From the NCBI GenBank assembly GCA_965203515.1, contig OZ241907.1:3584001-3648000 (forward strand): a DNA stretch of 64,000 nucleotides, read 5' to 3'. The number at the start of each line of letters is the position of its first letter. The first letter of the stretch is position 1. Below, piece after piece: positions 21,586 to 31,063 of the stretch. The stretch comes from Spirochaetia bacterium (lineage in GTDB: Bacteria > Spirochaetota > Spirochaetia > SZUA-6 > Bin103). The notes under the pieces are model-generated. The model saw only the letters and a list, made by a program, of their open reading frames with translations, had not been told where the DNA came from and made no database searches. The translations under genes were made by a program, and so were the position numbers.

Positions 21586-24500
21586 TTGAAGACGCATCAC
21601 CCCCCCCCCCCCCCCCCCCCCCATGAGGTTCCGAACGTGGTAAGGAGCCGGCGCTCGGTTGGCGCCCTGCTCGCGCTCTGGGCCGCCGCGGCCGTGGTCT
21701 GGTGGGCCGCGCCCGCGGAGCGGGCCATGGCGCAGACCGTCCCCGATACGACGCCGGTGAACATCCCCGACGCCAACCTGCGGGCGCTCCTGGAAACTCG
21801 TCTGGGCAAGGCCGCCGGAGCGACGATCACCCGTGCGGAGATGGCGGCCCATACCGGGTACCTTTGGGGGTCGCCCCCTAGGCGGACGCAGAGCTTCGAC
21901 CACGCCAACTGGAACAGCCATCTTATTCACGCTCCCGTCTCTTTTATTCCCACTCCCACGGCCCCCGCTACCGTCATCAGGGATCTGACGGGACTGGAAT
22001 ACCTGACGGCGATCCAGGGGCTCAGGATGATCCGCAACCGGATCACGGACCTCAGGCCGCTGGCCGGCCTCACCGAAATGCGCCGCCTGTGGCTTGATGA
22101 GAACCTGATATCGGACCTCTCGCCGCTACGAGGCCTCCCCCTGGACCAACTGTCCCTCAAACTCAACCCGGTCTCGGACCTCTCGCCGCTGGCCGGCATG
22201 GTCTGGCTGGCCACCTTCAACTGCGACAAATGCCAAATCTCGGACATCTCGCCGCTGGCCGGCCTGACGCGCCTCAGATCCCTGGACCTCCAGAACAACT
22301 ACATCAGCGACATCTCGCCGCTGACCCGCGTCAACGATCTGGCGGAGGTGTTCCTCTCGGATAATCGCATCTCGGACCTCTCCCCGCTGGCCGACCGCAA
22401 CCTGCGGACCCTGGCCGCCGCCGGCAACCGGATCACGGACCTCTCGCCGCTGCGAAACTCACTGAACATGGAAACGCTGGACCTCAATGGCAACCAAGGG
22501 CTCAGGGACGTTTCCGTGGTGGAGCGCATGGTCGCGTTGAAGGTCTTGAGGCTGGACGGGACCGATGTCAGGGACCTCTCGCCGCTGGTCGCAAACACCG
22601 GGCTCGGTTCCGGGGACCAGGTCTATCTGCGCAACCTCCCGAATCTGAACGCCGACGCCGAACAGCACGTCGCGACCCTGCGAGGCAGGGGCGTCTCCGT
22701 ACGGACGAGCAGTCCGCTGCGCGTGGACAAGACGGTGCGGGGCGTGGCCGTGACGCCCGGGGTGGAGCGGCTGACGGTCACCTGGAACCCGCCGACGGTG
22801 GGGTACACCCCCGGATTCCAACGGGTCTATTGGTGGTTCGGGTTCCAAGACCGTTCGTCGGCCTTCACCCCGCCCCAGCACCATGACGTCCCCGGCGACG
22901 CGTCCAGCTACACCATCCCGAACCTCACCCCCGGCGTCGTGTACAAGGTGCAGATCTACCCTCTCAGTCCCACGGGGAATTTGTCCGCCATAGCCTCCGG
23001 CATACCGCTGGCGCCGGCGACCGAACCGGACGCCGTGACCGTGCGGCCGGGCGTGGAGAGCCTCATCGTCTCCTGGGTGCGGGTCGCCGACGCGAGCGGC
23101 TACAAGCTGCAGTGGAAGTCCGGCGAACGGGATTACGATCCTGCGGCCCGGCAGGCGCAGGTCGCCGGCGCGGACGCCACGCGCTACACCGTCGCCGGCC
23201 TCACCGCCGGTACCGAGTACACGGTGCGCGTGATCCCCACCAGGGCCGACCTCCCCGACGCCGGGCCGCTCGGCGAGGCGACCGGCACCCCCCTGGCGCA
23301 GCTCGAAGTGACGGTCGCCGATGCGGTCGTGGTGGAAGGCGAAGAGGCCGAGATCCGGGTCGCGCTGGACCGGCCGGTCAAGGTCCCGGTGACGGTGACC
23401 TGGACCACGGCGGACGGCACCGCCAGGGCGGGCGCAGACTACCGGGCGCAGGACGGCCGCCTGACGTTCCAGCCGGGCGCCGAGGAGGCGTCGTTCAAGG
23501 TGACGACGCTCGACGACCGGCAGGTGGAGCCGGCGGAGACGTTCCGGGTGCTCTTGACCGGCACGGAACAGGCGTCGGTGACCGTGACGATCACCGACGA
23601 CGATGCCGGGCCGGCGCGCGCCCGGGCGCTCGGCATGGTGCTGGCCGGCATGGGCCGCTGGGCCGCCGCGGACGCGGTGGAGGTGATCGCGGGGCGGTTC
23701 GACGACCGGCGCATCGGTGCCGACCGACCGGCGGCGCCGGCGCAGGTGAGCTTGGCCGGCCAGCCGCTCGCCCTGCCGGGAGGCGGGTCGCAGGCAGCGG
23801 CTTCGCCGGCGGCGCCCGCGCCGGGCGCGCGCTTGGCCGGCTACCGCCTGGAGCCGGGGCGGTCGTCGCGCGCCGTGTCGCCAATGGAGTTGTCGCCGGC
23901 GGAGTTGTCGCCGGCGGAGTTGATCGCGCAGAGTCGGTTCGACCTGCCGGTCGGCCGGCAGGTCGCCGGTGCGCAGGATGCCGGTGCCCAGGATGCCGGT
24001 GCCCAGGATGCCGGCGCGCCCGGGGATGGCCCCCCGGGCTTGCGGGTATGGGGCCGGGGTACGGCCGGCGGCTTCGCCGGCCGGCCGGCCGCCGGTTCGA
24101 GCGCCGACGGCGGTGTGGCCGGGGGGTATCTCGGCATCGACTTCGGCCTGCGGCATGACCTGCTGATGGGCGTGGCGTTCGCCCATAGCCGGGGCGGCGC
24201 CGATTACGCGATCGACTCGGTCACCGGCGGCAAGGCCGACCTGTCGGTGACGAGCGTGCTGCCCTACGCGCACTGGCGTCCGCACGCCGGTCTGGGGGTG
24301 TGGAGCCTGCTGGGCGTCGGCGTGGGCGGCGCGGCGTTGCAGGACGAGGCCGGCCGGGTCGAGACCAGCCTGCTGATGTGGATGGCGGCGGCCGGCTTGA
24401 GGCACGAGATGGCGACGTGGCGGGAGATCGACGTGGCGTTGCATGCCGATGCGTTCCTGACCGACTGGATGACCGGCGCCCGGGCCGGGCTGCCGCACGT

Positions 24501-25146
24501 CACGGTGGAAGCGTGGCGGCTGCGGCTGCGGTTGGAAGGCAGCCGGCCGTGGGACATCTCGCCGGTCTCGCGGCTGACGCCGAGCGTCGAGGTCGGCGGC
24601 CGGTTGGACGGCGGCGGCATAGAGTACGGGCTGGGCCTGGAAGTGGGCGGCGGCCTTGCCTGGACGCAGAGCGACCTGGGTCTGCAGGTCGAGGCGCAGG
24701 GCCGCTCGCTGCTGGCGCACCAGAAGGGTGTAGCTGAGTGGGGCGGCGGCCTGACGGCGAAGTTCGATCCGGGGCAGGCCGGCCTGGGGCCGTGGCTGAC
24801 GTTCGCGTCGGGCTGGGGCCGGGAGCAGAGCCAGGCGGCGCGGATGTGGGAGAGCCGGGACGTGTTCGGCGCCGGCGCGCGCGCGGACTCCGACGGCGCC
24901 GGGCAAGCGCCGGAGCTGGCGCTGGCGCCGGACCGGCTGGCTTTGGAGGCCGGCTATGGGGTGGCGACGGACGGCGCGGGTCTGCTGACGCCGTATGCCG
25001 GGCTGTCGATGGCCGGGTCGGAGGTGAGCGCCTACCGGCTCGGCGCGCGGCTGCAGGCCGGGAGCCGGATGAGCCTGAGCCTGGAAGGCCGGCAGTCGCC
25101 GGCCGCCGGCTACGCGGTCATGCTCAACGGTCAGCTCGACTGGTAG
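21586..25146 (+). CDS. secreted LRR (internalin-like) + 2 FN3 + Calx-beta protein with autotransporter-like C-terminal beta-barrel
   Basis: Signal peptide (...AMAQ); ISDLSPL-type LRRs; FN3 (YTIPNLTPGVVY, YTVAGLTAGTEY); Calx-beta (TADGTARAGADY...ITDDD); amphipathic beta-strand C-terminus ending in W. Confidence 0.82.
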   Translation: MKTHHPPPPPPPHEVPNVVRSRRSVGALLALWAAAAVVWWAAPAERAMAQTVPDTTPVNIPDANLRALLETRLGKAAGATITRAEMAAHTGYLWGSPPRRTQSFDHANWNSHLIHAPVSFIPTPTAPATVIRDLTGLEYLTAIQGLRMIRNRITDLRPLAGLTEMRRLWLDENLISDLSPLRGLPLDQLSLKLNPVSDLSPLAGMVWLATFNCDKCQISDISPLAGLTRLRSLDLQNNYISDISPLTRVNDLAEVFLSDNRISDLSPLADRNLRTLAAAGNRITDLSPLRNSLNMETLDLNGNQGLRDVSVVERMVALKVLRLDGTDVRDLSPLVANTGLGSGDQVYLRNLPNLNADAEQHVATLRGRGVSVRTSSPLRVDKTVRGVAVTPGVERLTVTWNPPTVGYTPGFQRVYWWFGFQDRSSAFTPPQHHDVPGDASSYTIPNLTPGVVYKVQIYPLSPTGNLSAIASGIPLAPATEPDAVTVRPGVESLIVSWVRVADASGYKLQWKSGERDYDPAARQAQVAGADATRYTVAGLTAGTEYTVRVIPTRADLPDAGPLGEATGTPLAQLEVTVADAVVVEGEEAEIRVALDRPVKVPVTVTWTTADGTARAGADYRAQDGRLTFQPGAEEASFKVTTLDDRQVEPAETFRVLLTGTEQASVTVTITDDDAGPARARALGMVLAGMGRWAAADAVEVIAGRFDDRRIGADRPAAPAQVSLAGQPLALPGGGSQAAASPAAPAPGARLAGYRLEPGRSSRAVSPMELSPAELSPAELIAQSRFDLPVGRQVAGAQDAGAQDAGAQDAGAPGDGPPGLRVWGRGTAGGFAGRPAAGSSADGGVAGGYLGIDFGLRHDLLMGVAFAHSRGGADYAIDSVTGGKADLSVTSVLPYAHWRPHAGLGVWSLLGVGVGGAALQDEAGRVETSLLMWMAAAGLRHEMATWREIDVALHADAFLTDWMTGARAGLPHVTVEAWRLRLRLEGSRPWDISPVSRLTPSVEVGGRLDGGGIEYGLGLEVGGGLAWTQSDLGLQVEAQGRSLLAHQKGVAEWGGGLTAKFDPGQAGLGPWLTFASGWGREQSQAARMWESRDVFGAGARADSDGAGQAPELALAPDRLALEAGYGVATDGAGLLTPYAGLSMAGSEVSAYRLGARLQAGSRMSLSLEGRQSPAAGYAVMLNGQLDW
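21600..21622 (+). repeat. poly-C homopolymer (23 nt)
   Basis: Direct count; lies at the 5' end of the LRR gene. Confidence 0.9.
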
Positions 25147-25219
25147 ACCGAGCGGACAAGGCGCGTCGGACTGACGTGCGTGACGACGGGTAGACTCGAG
25201 ACCCGACCTGGGATATCTT

Positions 25220-25446
25220 GATTATCATCATACGAAACACATGCTCGTCATCTATCTGCCGAACATTGCAGAAACATAGGATTGAAAGCGGTGGCGCTGG
25301 AAGATGACCACGAGCTGCAGAAAGCAGTGCTCGCTCTACACCATTCCTGCATTCATACCCTTGGCTCTACCTCTGCCTTCAAACTGATCGAGAACCATAA
25401 CGGCATCGCCTTCATACAAACTGCCCGGGACGTGATCGTTCAATAG
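25220..25446 (+). pseudogene. 3' remnant of a ClpP/S49 (SDH_sah-like) serine protease gene
   Basis: AT-richer patch reading DYHHTK, then after a frameshift THARHLSAEHCRNIGLKAVALEDDHELQKAVLALHHSCIHTLGSTSAFKLIENHNGIAFIQ*; no 5' part. Confidence 0.55.
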
Positions 25447-25469
25447 CGTTCGGTGCCGGAGATCGTCAT

Positions 25470-25977
25470 CGAACCGCATCGTCGAAGGTCTGCGTCGTAA
25501 ACTTGGACTGCCCTGATACGCCGCCCTTGATCTCGGCGATCTTGATCACCGACTTCGCCTTCGGCAGCGGGGCTGAACGGGACCGGCATCTGACGATCCT
25601 CGCCGGGGCGGCCGCCGACTCCGGCGCCGGCGTGGCGGGGTGATGAGCGGCGCACAGCAGCCGGAGATTGTTCGGCTCGGCGTCGCCGCCGCGGGCGTTT
25701 TTAGGTCCGCCGCCGGCTTCGCGCACGCGGCAACCTGCCGGCCGAGGCGCCGCGTCTTCGGCGCCGAAGTGGTGTTGCCCGCCGGCTCGCCGCCGAAGTG
25801 TCCGGGCGGTCCGGGACGCGACCCGCCTGCAGCAGCGGCTTCGTCTCCCGGCTGCCCCGCCTGAGCCGATACCTTCGCCGCCGAAGGAGCGGTACTGTCT
25901 GCGCTGGCGCTGCCGAAGCGGCGCCGCGATCCGAGGCCGTCTGCGTCTTCGCCGCCGAAGTCTGTTCGGCACCTGCT
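25470..25977 (-). pseudogene. deleted paralog of the HNH endonuclease gene at 27250-28767
   Basis: High nucleotide similarity to about 27300-27966. Keeps AEPNNLRLLCAAHH but lacks the N-terminal domain and the C..C..QIDH segment. Confidence 0.85.
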
Positions 25978-26096
25978 GCCCCGGGTGGAGATCAACGACG
26001 CTGACAAGAACGAATTTCATGTCGGTAATCTACCAGCTTGACCGATGAAAGATCTGGATCTGCGCGCGGGCCAGTCCATGTGCTACGATGCTTACG

Positions 26097-27176
26097 ATGG
26101 CATCCGCACGCGAGGCGCGCCCCCGGTACGACGAGCAGTACAAGCAGCTGTTCGCGTTCCCGCGCATGGTCGAGGACCTGTTGCGCGCCTTCGTCGGCGA
26201 TCAACTCGGCGCCAGCGACTTTTCGACGTTGCGGAAGCTGTCGTCCGATTACGTCAGCGATGAACTGCTCAAGCGCCGCGGCGACACCGTATGGCGGCTG
26301 CGCATGGGCGACGGCTGGGCCTGCCTGCTGTTGCTCCTGGAGTTTCAATCGCGCGACGATCGGTACATGGCGCTGCGCATCCTGAGCTACACCAGCCTGC
26401 TGTACCAGGAACTGGTGCGCAACAAGGCGCCGGAGGCGCGCGCGGCGCTGCCGGCGGTGCTGCCCGTCGTGCTGTACAACGGCGCGCCGCGGTGGCGTGC
26501 GCCGCAGGAGATCGGCGAACTGATCGCGCCGGTGGCGGAGGGGCTGGCGCCGTACCAACCGTCGCAGCGGTACTTGGTGATCGAGGAGCAGCACGTAGCG
26601 GCGGACGCGGTGCCGAGCGGCAATCTGATGCGGGCGGTGATCGGGTTGGAGCAGAGCCGCACGCCGGCGGACCTGATCCGGGTAGCTGACGCGCTGCCGG
26701 AGTGGCTGGCGGGGTCGGAGAACGTCGAGTTGCGGAGGGTGTTCGTCGACTGGCTGACGAGTTCGATCGGGCAGTTCATGCCGGCCGGTGAGGAGCTGCC
26801 GGCGATGGAGAGCCTGGAGGAGGTACGGATGACGCTGAAAGAACGCTTGAGGGAGTGGCCCGCGCAGTGGATGCGGGAAGGTCGCGAGCAGGGCCTCGAA
26901 CAAGGTCTCGAGCAGGGCCTCGAACAAGGTCTCGAGCGGGGCCTCGCACAGGGTCTCGAGCGGGGCCTCGAACACGAACGGGCGCTGCTCTGCCGTATGG
27001 CAGCGTTGCGGTTCGGTGCGGAGGCGAGCGAGCGTTTGGCGGTTCTGTTGGCCAACGTCGCGGAAGCGGATCGACTGGCCGATATAGGCGACCGGCTGGT
27101 GCAATGCCGCGCCGCCGACGAATTTCTGACGCAAGCAGAGCTGTTATCACGCGGTCGTGACGGCCGCCAAACCTGA
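26097..27176 (+). CDS. Rpn/YhgA-like PD-(D/E)XK nuclease (putative RpnL toxin)
   Basis: YDEQYKQLF, RRGDTVW, LLLEFQS, PVVLYNG..W, GLEQ repeats, C-terminal RFG domain; start 26097 or 26088. Confidence 0.9.
   Translation: MASAREARPRYDEQYKQLFAFPRMVEDLLRAFVGDQLGASDFSTLRKLSSDYVSDELLKRRGDTVWRLRMGDGWACLLLLLEFQSRDDRYMALRILSYTSLLYQELVRNKAPEARAALPAVLPVVLYNGAPRWRAPQEIGELIAPVAEGLAPYQPSQRYLVIEEQHVAADAVPSGNLMRAVIGLEQSRTPADLIRVADALPEWLAGSENVELRRVFVDWLTSSIGQFMPAGEELPAMESLEEVRMTLKERLREWPAQWMREGREQGLEQGLEQGLEQGLERGLAQGLERGLEHERALLCRMAALRFGAEASERLAVLLANVAEADRLADIGDRLVQCRAADEFLTQAELLSRGRDGRQT
26829..27176 (+). CDS. putative intragenic small Rpn protein (RpnS antitoxin)
   Basis: In-frame ATG 26829 preceded by GGAGGAGG (26816-26823), just before the repeat/C-terminal domain. 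Confidence 0.6.
   Translation: MTLKERLREWPAQWMREGREQGLEQGLEQGLEQGLERGLAQGLERGLEHERALLCRMAALRFGAEASERLAVLLANVAEADRLADIGDRLVQCRAADEFLTQAELLSRGRDGRQT
26878..26973 (+). repeat. 12-bp tandem repeats (GLEQ/GLER) in rpn copy 1
   Basis: About 8 units of the GGTCTCGAGCAG type. Confidence 0.85.
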
Positions 27177-27249
27177 GTTCCAGCGCAAGATGATCGGTTA
27201 CTTGTTGTCTTTCATGTAGGTACAGTTCATTTGCCAGATCACGTTCTGG

Positions 27250-28767
27250 CTACATCCTGGGCGTCACCCTAGTAACTCGAAGCAGCTCTACTGCAGGGCG
27301 CGAACCGCATCGAAGGTCTGCGTCGTCTCGGCGATCTTGACACCGGTGTTCGCCTTCGGCAGCGGGGCTGAACGGGACCGGCGCCTGACGATCCTCGCCG
27401 GGGCGGCCGCCGAATCCGGCGCCTGCGTGGCGGTGGCGGTGATGAGCGGCGCACAGCAGCCGGAGATTGTTCGGCTCGGCGGCGCCGCCCTGGGCATACG
27501 GCACGACGTGATCGATCTGCAGCAGGTGTTGTGAGCCGCAGCGGCGCCCGCTGGTGCGGTCCACGTAGCTGCAGCGGCCCCGGTCGCGCCGCCAGACCGA
27601 GCGCTTGACCGCCGCCGGGATGGCGCGGCCGGTCCCGCCGCCCGTCTTCGCTGCCGAAGTTTCGGTCCGCGGCGGGGGCGGCGCCGCCCGTTGCGTGCAC
27701 GCTGCAGCTTGCCGGCCGAGGCGCCGCGTCTTCGCCGCCGAAGTTGCGTCGCCCGCCGGCGTAGCTGCCGAAGTGTCCGGGCGGTCCGGGCCGCGGTCCG
27801 CCTTCAGCGGCGCGGCTTCGTCTCCCGGCTGCGCCGCCGGCTGAGCCGATCCCTTCGCCGCCGAAGGAGCGGCGCTGTCCGATCGGGCATCCTGCTTCGC
27901 TGCTGAAGCCGTGCCGCGAGCCGAGGCCGTCCGCGTCTTCGCCGCCGAAGTCTGCTCGGCGCCTGCGGCGCGGGAGCCGGTACGCCGCCCGCGCGGCGGT
28001 CGGGCCGGATCGTGGCGGTCGAGCCCTTCCTGCACCAGCCGCCCCACGATCTGTCCCAACGTCATGTGCGGATCGACGTGAGACAGGAGGCCCTTGAGCC
28101 GCTCCAACCCGCGCCGGCACTCATCGTCGATGACCGCCTTGAACTCCCAGCGCCCGGTGCCCAACGGGCGCACCCGATCCGCCGGCGCCGCCAGCTCCGG
28201 GTCGACCTCGGCCAGCAGCTTCATCACCTGCCGGCTGCTCTTGCCGGCCGCCTGCTCCACCAGCGCCCGCCGCGCCGACCGGTCCAGCACCGGCGGCGGC
28301 TTCCGCTCCGCCGGCTGAGCCGGTCCCGGCGCCGAGCCGTCCTGCTGCGCGGCAGCCCCGAACCCGTCCCCGCCCGGCGCGCTGCGCGCCGCGCGATCCC
28401 TGTTGCGCTCCTGTCGGTCGAAGGCGTTCTGCAACTGCGCGGCCGTGTTGAGCGTCATCGAGCCGTCCTGCAGGCGCTCGCGCACACCGTCGATGTCTGA
28501 GCAGAGGCGCATCGCCTTGAGGCGCCGCCACGCGGCGGCGTCGCTGTAGCCGAGCTCGCGCACCGCGTAATCGAACAGGCTGGAGAACCCGCGGCGCAGA
28601 TACAGCCGGCGCTTCTGTATCTCGCGGAGGTGGTCGATGACGACGACTTCGAGGTGGTGTTCGATGCCGGACAGTTCCTTGGTCCGCTCCAACAGGCGGT
28701 CGTCGGAGAGGGCGGAAACGGTGGTCGTGATGGCAGCGTCGGCCGTGTCGGAACGAGTGCCGTTCAT
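27250..28767 (-). CDS. HNH endonuclease with helical N-terminal domain and low-complexity linker
   Basis: RAIPAAVKRSVWRRDRGRCSY...C...LQIDHVVP..GG....NLRLLCAAHH; N-terminal GFSSLFDYAVRELGYS. Confidence 0.88.
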   Translation of the reverse strand: MNGTRSDTADAAITTTVSALSDDRLLERTKELSGIEHHLEVVVIDHLREIQKRRLYLRRGFSSLFDYAVRELGYSDAAAWRRLKAMRLCSDIDGVRERLQDGSMTLNTAAQLQNAFDRQERNRDRAARSAPGGDGFGAAAQQDGSAPGPAQPAERKPPPVLDRSARRALVEQAAGKSSRQVMKLLAEVDPELAAPADRVRPLGTGRWEFKAVIDDECRRGLERLKGLLSHVDPHMTLGQIVGRLVQEGLDRHDPARPPRGRRTGSRAAGAEQTSAAKTRTASARGTASAAKQDARSDSAAPSAAKGSAQPAAQPGDEAAPLKADRGPDRPDTSAATPAGDATSAAKTRRLGRQAAACTQRAAPPPPRTETSAAKTGGGTGRAIPAAVKRSVWRRDRGRCSYVDRTSGRRCGSQHLLQIDHVVPYAQGGAAEPNNLRLLCAAHHRHRHAGAGFGGRPGEDRQAPVPFSPAAEGEHRCQDRRDDADLRCGSRPAVELLRVTRVTPRM

Positions 28768-28773
28768 GGTATA

Positions 28774-28804
28774 AGTATAATAATGGAAAACACTTGAGTC
28801 AAGT
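28774..28804 (-). promoter_or_regulatory. near-consensus leaderless promoter of HNH gene with palindrome over -35
   Basis: TTGACT-N17-TATACT, ATG 6 nt after the -10; inverted repeat ACTTGA-N-TCAAGT at 28792-28804. Confidence 0.75.
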
Positions 28805-29246
28805 TCGTCGACGTAAAGCCCAACCGTGGAGGTGCTGACGCTGGCCGCTTGAGGATATCGTTTTCTATCTAACCCGCGGTGCGCTTCACTGCGTCATAAC
28901 GATATTGAAGTCCTGGGATCCATACAGAATAACTTGACTGTGTGGGTATACGAAGGGTCGAAATAGGACGGGCGCCAGTCCATGTGCTACGATGCTTGCG
29001 ATGGCATCCGCACGCGAGGCGCGCCCCCGGTACGACGAGCAGTACAAGCAGCTGTTCGCGTTCCCGCGCATGGTCGAGGACCTGTTGCGCGCCTTCGTCG
29101 GCGATCAACTCGGCGCCAGCGACTTTTCGACGCTGCGGAAGCTGTCGTCGGACTACGTCAGCGATGAACTGCTCAAGCGCCGCGGCGACACCGTATGGCG
29201 GCTGCGCGTGCCCGGCGGCTGGGCCTGCCTGCTGTTGCTCCTGGAG

Positions 29247-30567
29247 TGGAGTTGACCCGCTTTCGTGGACACATCAAGAGTGAGGACGAGAGGAGGGAAT
29301 ACGATGGCGAGAACGCATCAAGCGTATCCACAGGAGTACCGCCAGCAGATGGTCGAGCTGATCCATGCCGGCCGCACGCCGGAGGACCTGGCGCAGGAGT
29401 TTGAGCCGTCTGCCGGCTCGATCCGCAACTGGGTCGCGCAGGACGAGCGCGACGCCGGGCAGCGCAGCGACGGGCTCAGCGGTGAGGAACGTCAGGAGTT
29501 GCGCCGCCTGCGCCGCGAGAACAAGCAGCTACGGATCGAGCGTGACATCTTAAAAAAGCAGCGGCTTGGTTCGCACGGGAGAGCGACTCGATCCCGGAGC
29601 GGGATTCCGGTTCGTGAAGGCGAATCAGGCCACGTGGCCGGTGCGCACCCTCTGCCAAGTGCTGGGTCTCTCCCCCAGCGGCTACTACGCATGGGTGCGC
29701 CGCAGGCCGTCGGCGCGAGCGCGGCGGGACGCGCAGTTGATGGGGCGCATCAAGGAGGTCTGGACCGCCAACCGCGAGGTGTACGGCCGGCTGCGGATAC
29801 ACGCGGAGTTGCAGGCAGCCGGCGAACGGGTCAGCGCGAAGCGGGTCGGGCGACTGATGCGGCGCGCCGGGATCGCGGGGGTGAGCCGCCGGCGTACGAC
29901 GCGCACGACTACGCGCGAGCAGCGAGCGGAGCGGGTAGCCCCAGACTTGGTAGAGCGGAACTTCGCGGCGACCGAGGCGGATCGGTTGTGGGTGGCCGAT
30001 ATCACCTATGTGACGACGTGGGCGGGATTTCTGTACGTGGCGGTGGTGCTTGATGCGTGGAGTCGGCGCGTGGTCGGCTTCCTCGATGGCCGCGCACCTG
30101 CGGACCGAACTGGTCCTGGATGCGCTGAACATGGCGATCTGGCGGCGTCGGCCGCAGGGCGTGGTGCACCACAGCGACCAGGGCGCGCAGTACACGTCGA
30201 TCGCCTTCGGGCAGCGGTGCCGGCAGGCCGGAGTGAGACCGTCGACCGGCTCGGTGGGCGATGCGTATGACAACGCGCTGTGCGAGAGCTTCTTTGCGAC
30301 GCTGGAGTGCGAGTTACTGGATCGTCACCGGTTCGGCGGTCGGGCCGAAGCGCGCATGGCGGTATTCGAGTTCATCGAGGGGTTCTACAACCGGCGCCGG
30401 CGCCACTCGGCACTGGGCTACCGGTCGCCGGTTGCCTTCGAGGCCGACGAAGCCGAGGCAGCAGCATGACGATCGGCTTGACGGCCAACGCCATCGCGAG
30501 GACTGTTCCTCTGCGACGGGGTTGTGCACATCAGAGGTTACCCGTCCACCAAACCGGGACAACTCCA
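29247..30567 (+). mobile_element. IS3-family insertion sequence (1321 bp), frameshifted
   Basis: TG...CA ends; 24-bp inverted repeats with 21/24 match; 3-bp target duplication GAG (29244-46 / 30568-70); orfA HTH from 29304; orfB DDE (WVADITY, HHSDQG, ESFF) to 30469. Confidence 0.95.
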
Positions 30568-31063
30568 GAGTTCCAGTCGCGCGACGATCACTACATGGCG
30601 CTGCGCATCCTGAGCTACACCAGCCTGCTGTACCAGGAACTGGTGCGCAACAAGGCGCCGGAGGCGCGCGTGGCGCTGCCGGCGGTGCTGCGTGCTGCCC
30701 GTCGTGCTCTACAACGGCGCGCCGCGGTGGCGTGCGCCGCAGGAGATCGGCGACCTGATCGCGCCGGTGGCGGAGGGGCTGGCGCCGTACCAACCGTCGC
30801 AGCGGTACTTGGTGATCGAGGAGCAGCACGTAGCGGCGGACGCGGTGCCGAGCGGCAATCTGATGCGGGCGGTGATCGGGTTGGAGCAGAGCCGTACGCC
30901 GGCGGACTTGGTGCGGGTAGCGGACGAGCTGCCGGAGTGGCTGGAGGGGTCGGAGAACGTCGAGTTGCGGAGGGTGTTCGTCGACTGGCTGACGAGTTCG
31001 ATCGGGCAGGTCATGCCGGCCGGTGAGGAGCTGCCGGCGATGGACAGCCTGGAGGAGGTACGG

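Noticed and set aside
27250..28767. IscB/HEARO-type RNA-guided nuclease
   Set aside because: No PLMP or RuvC motifs, and no room for an upstream ncRNA because the promoter abuts the ATG.
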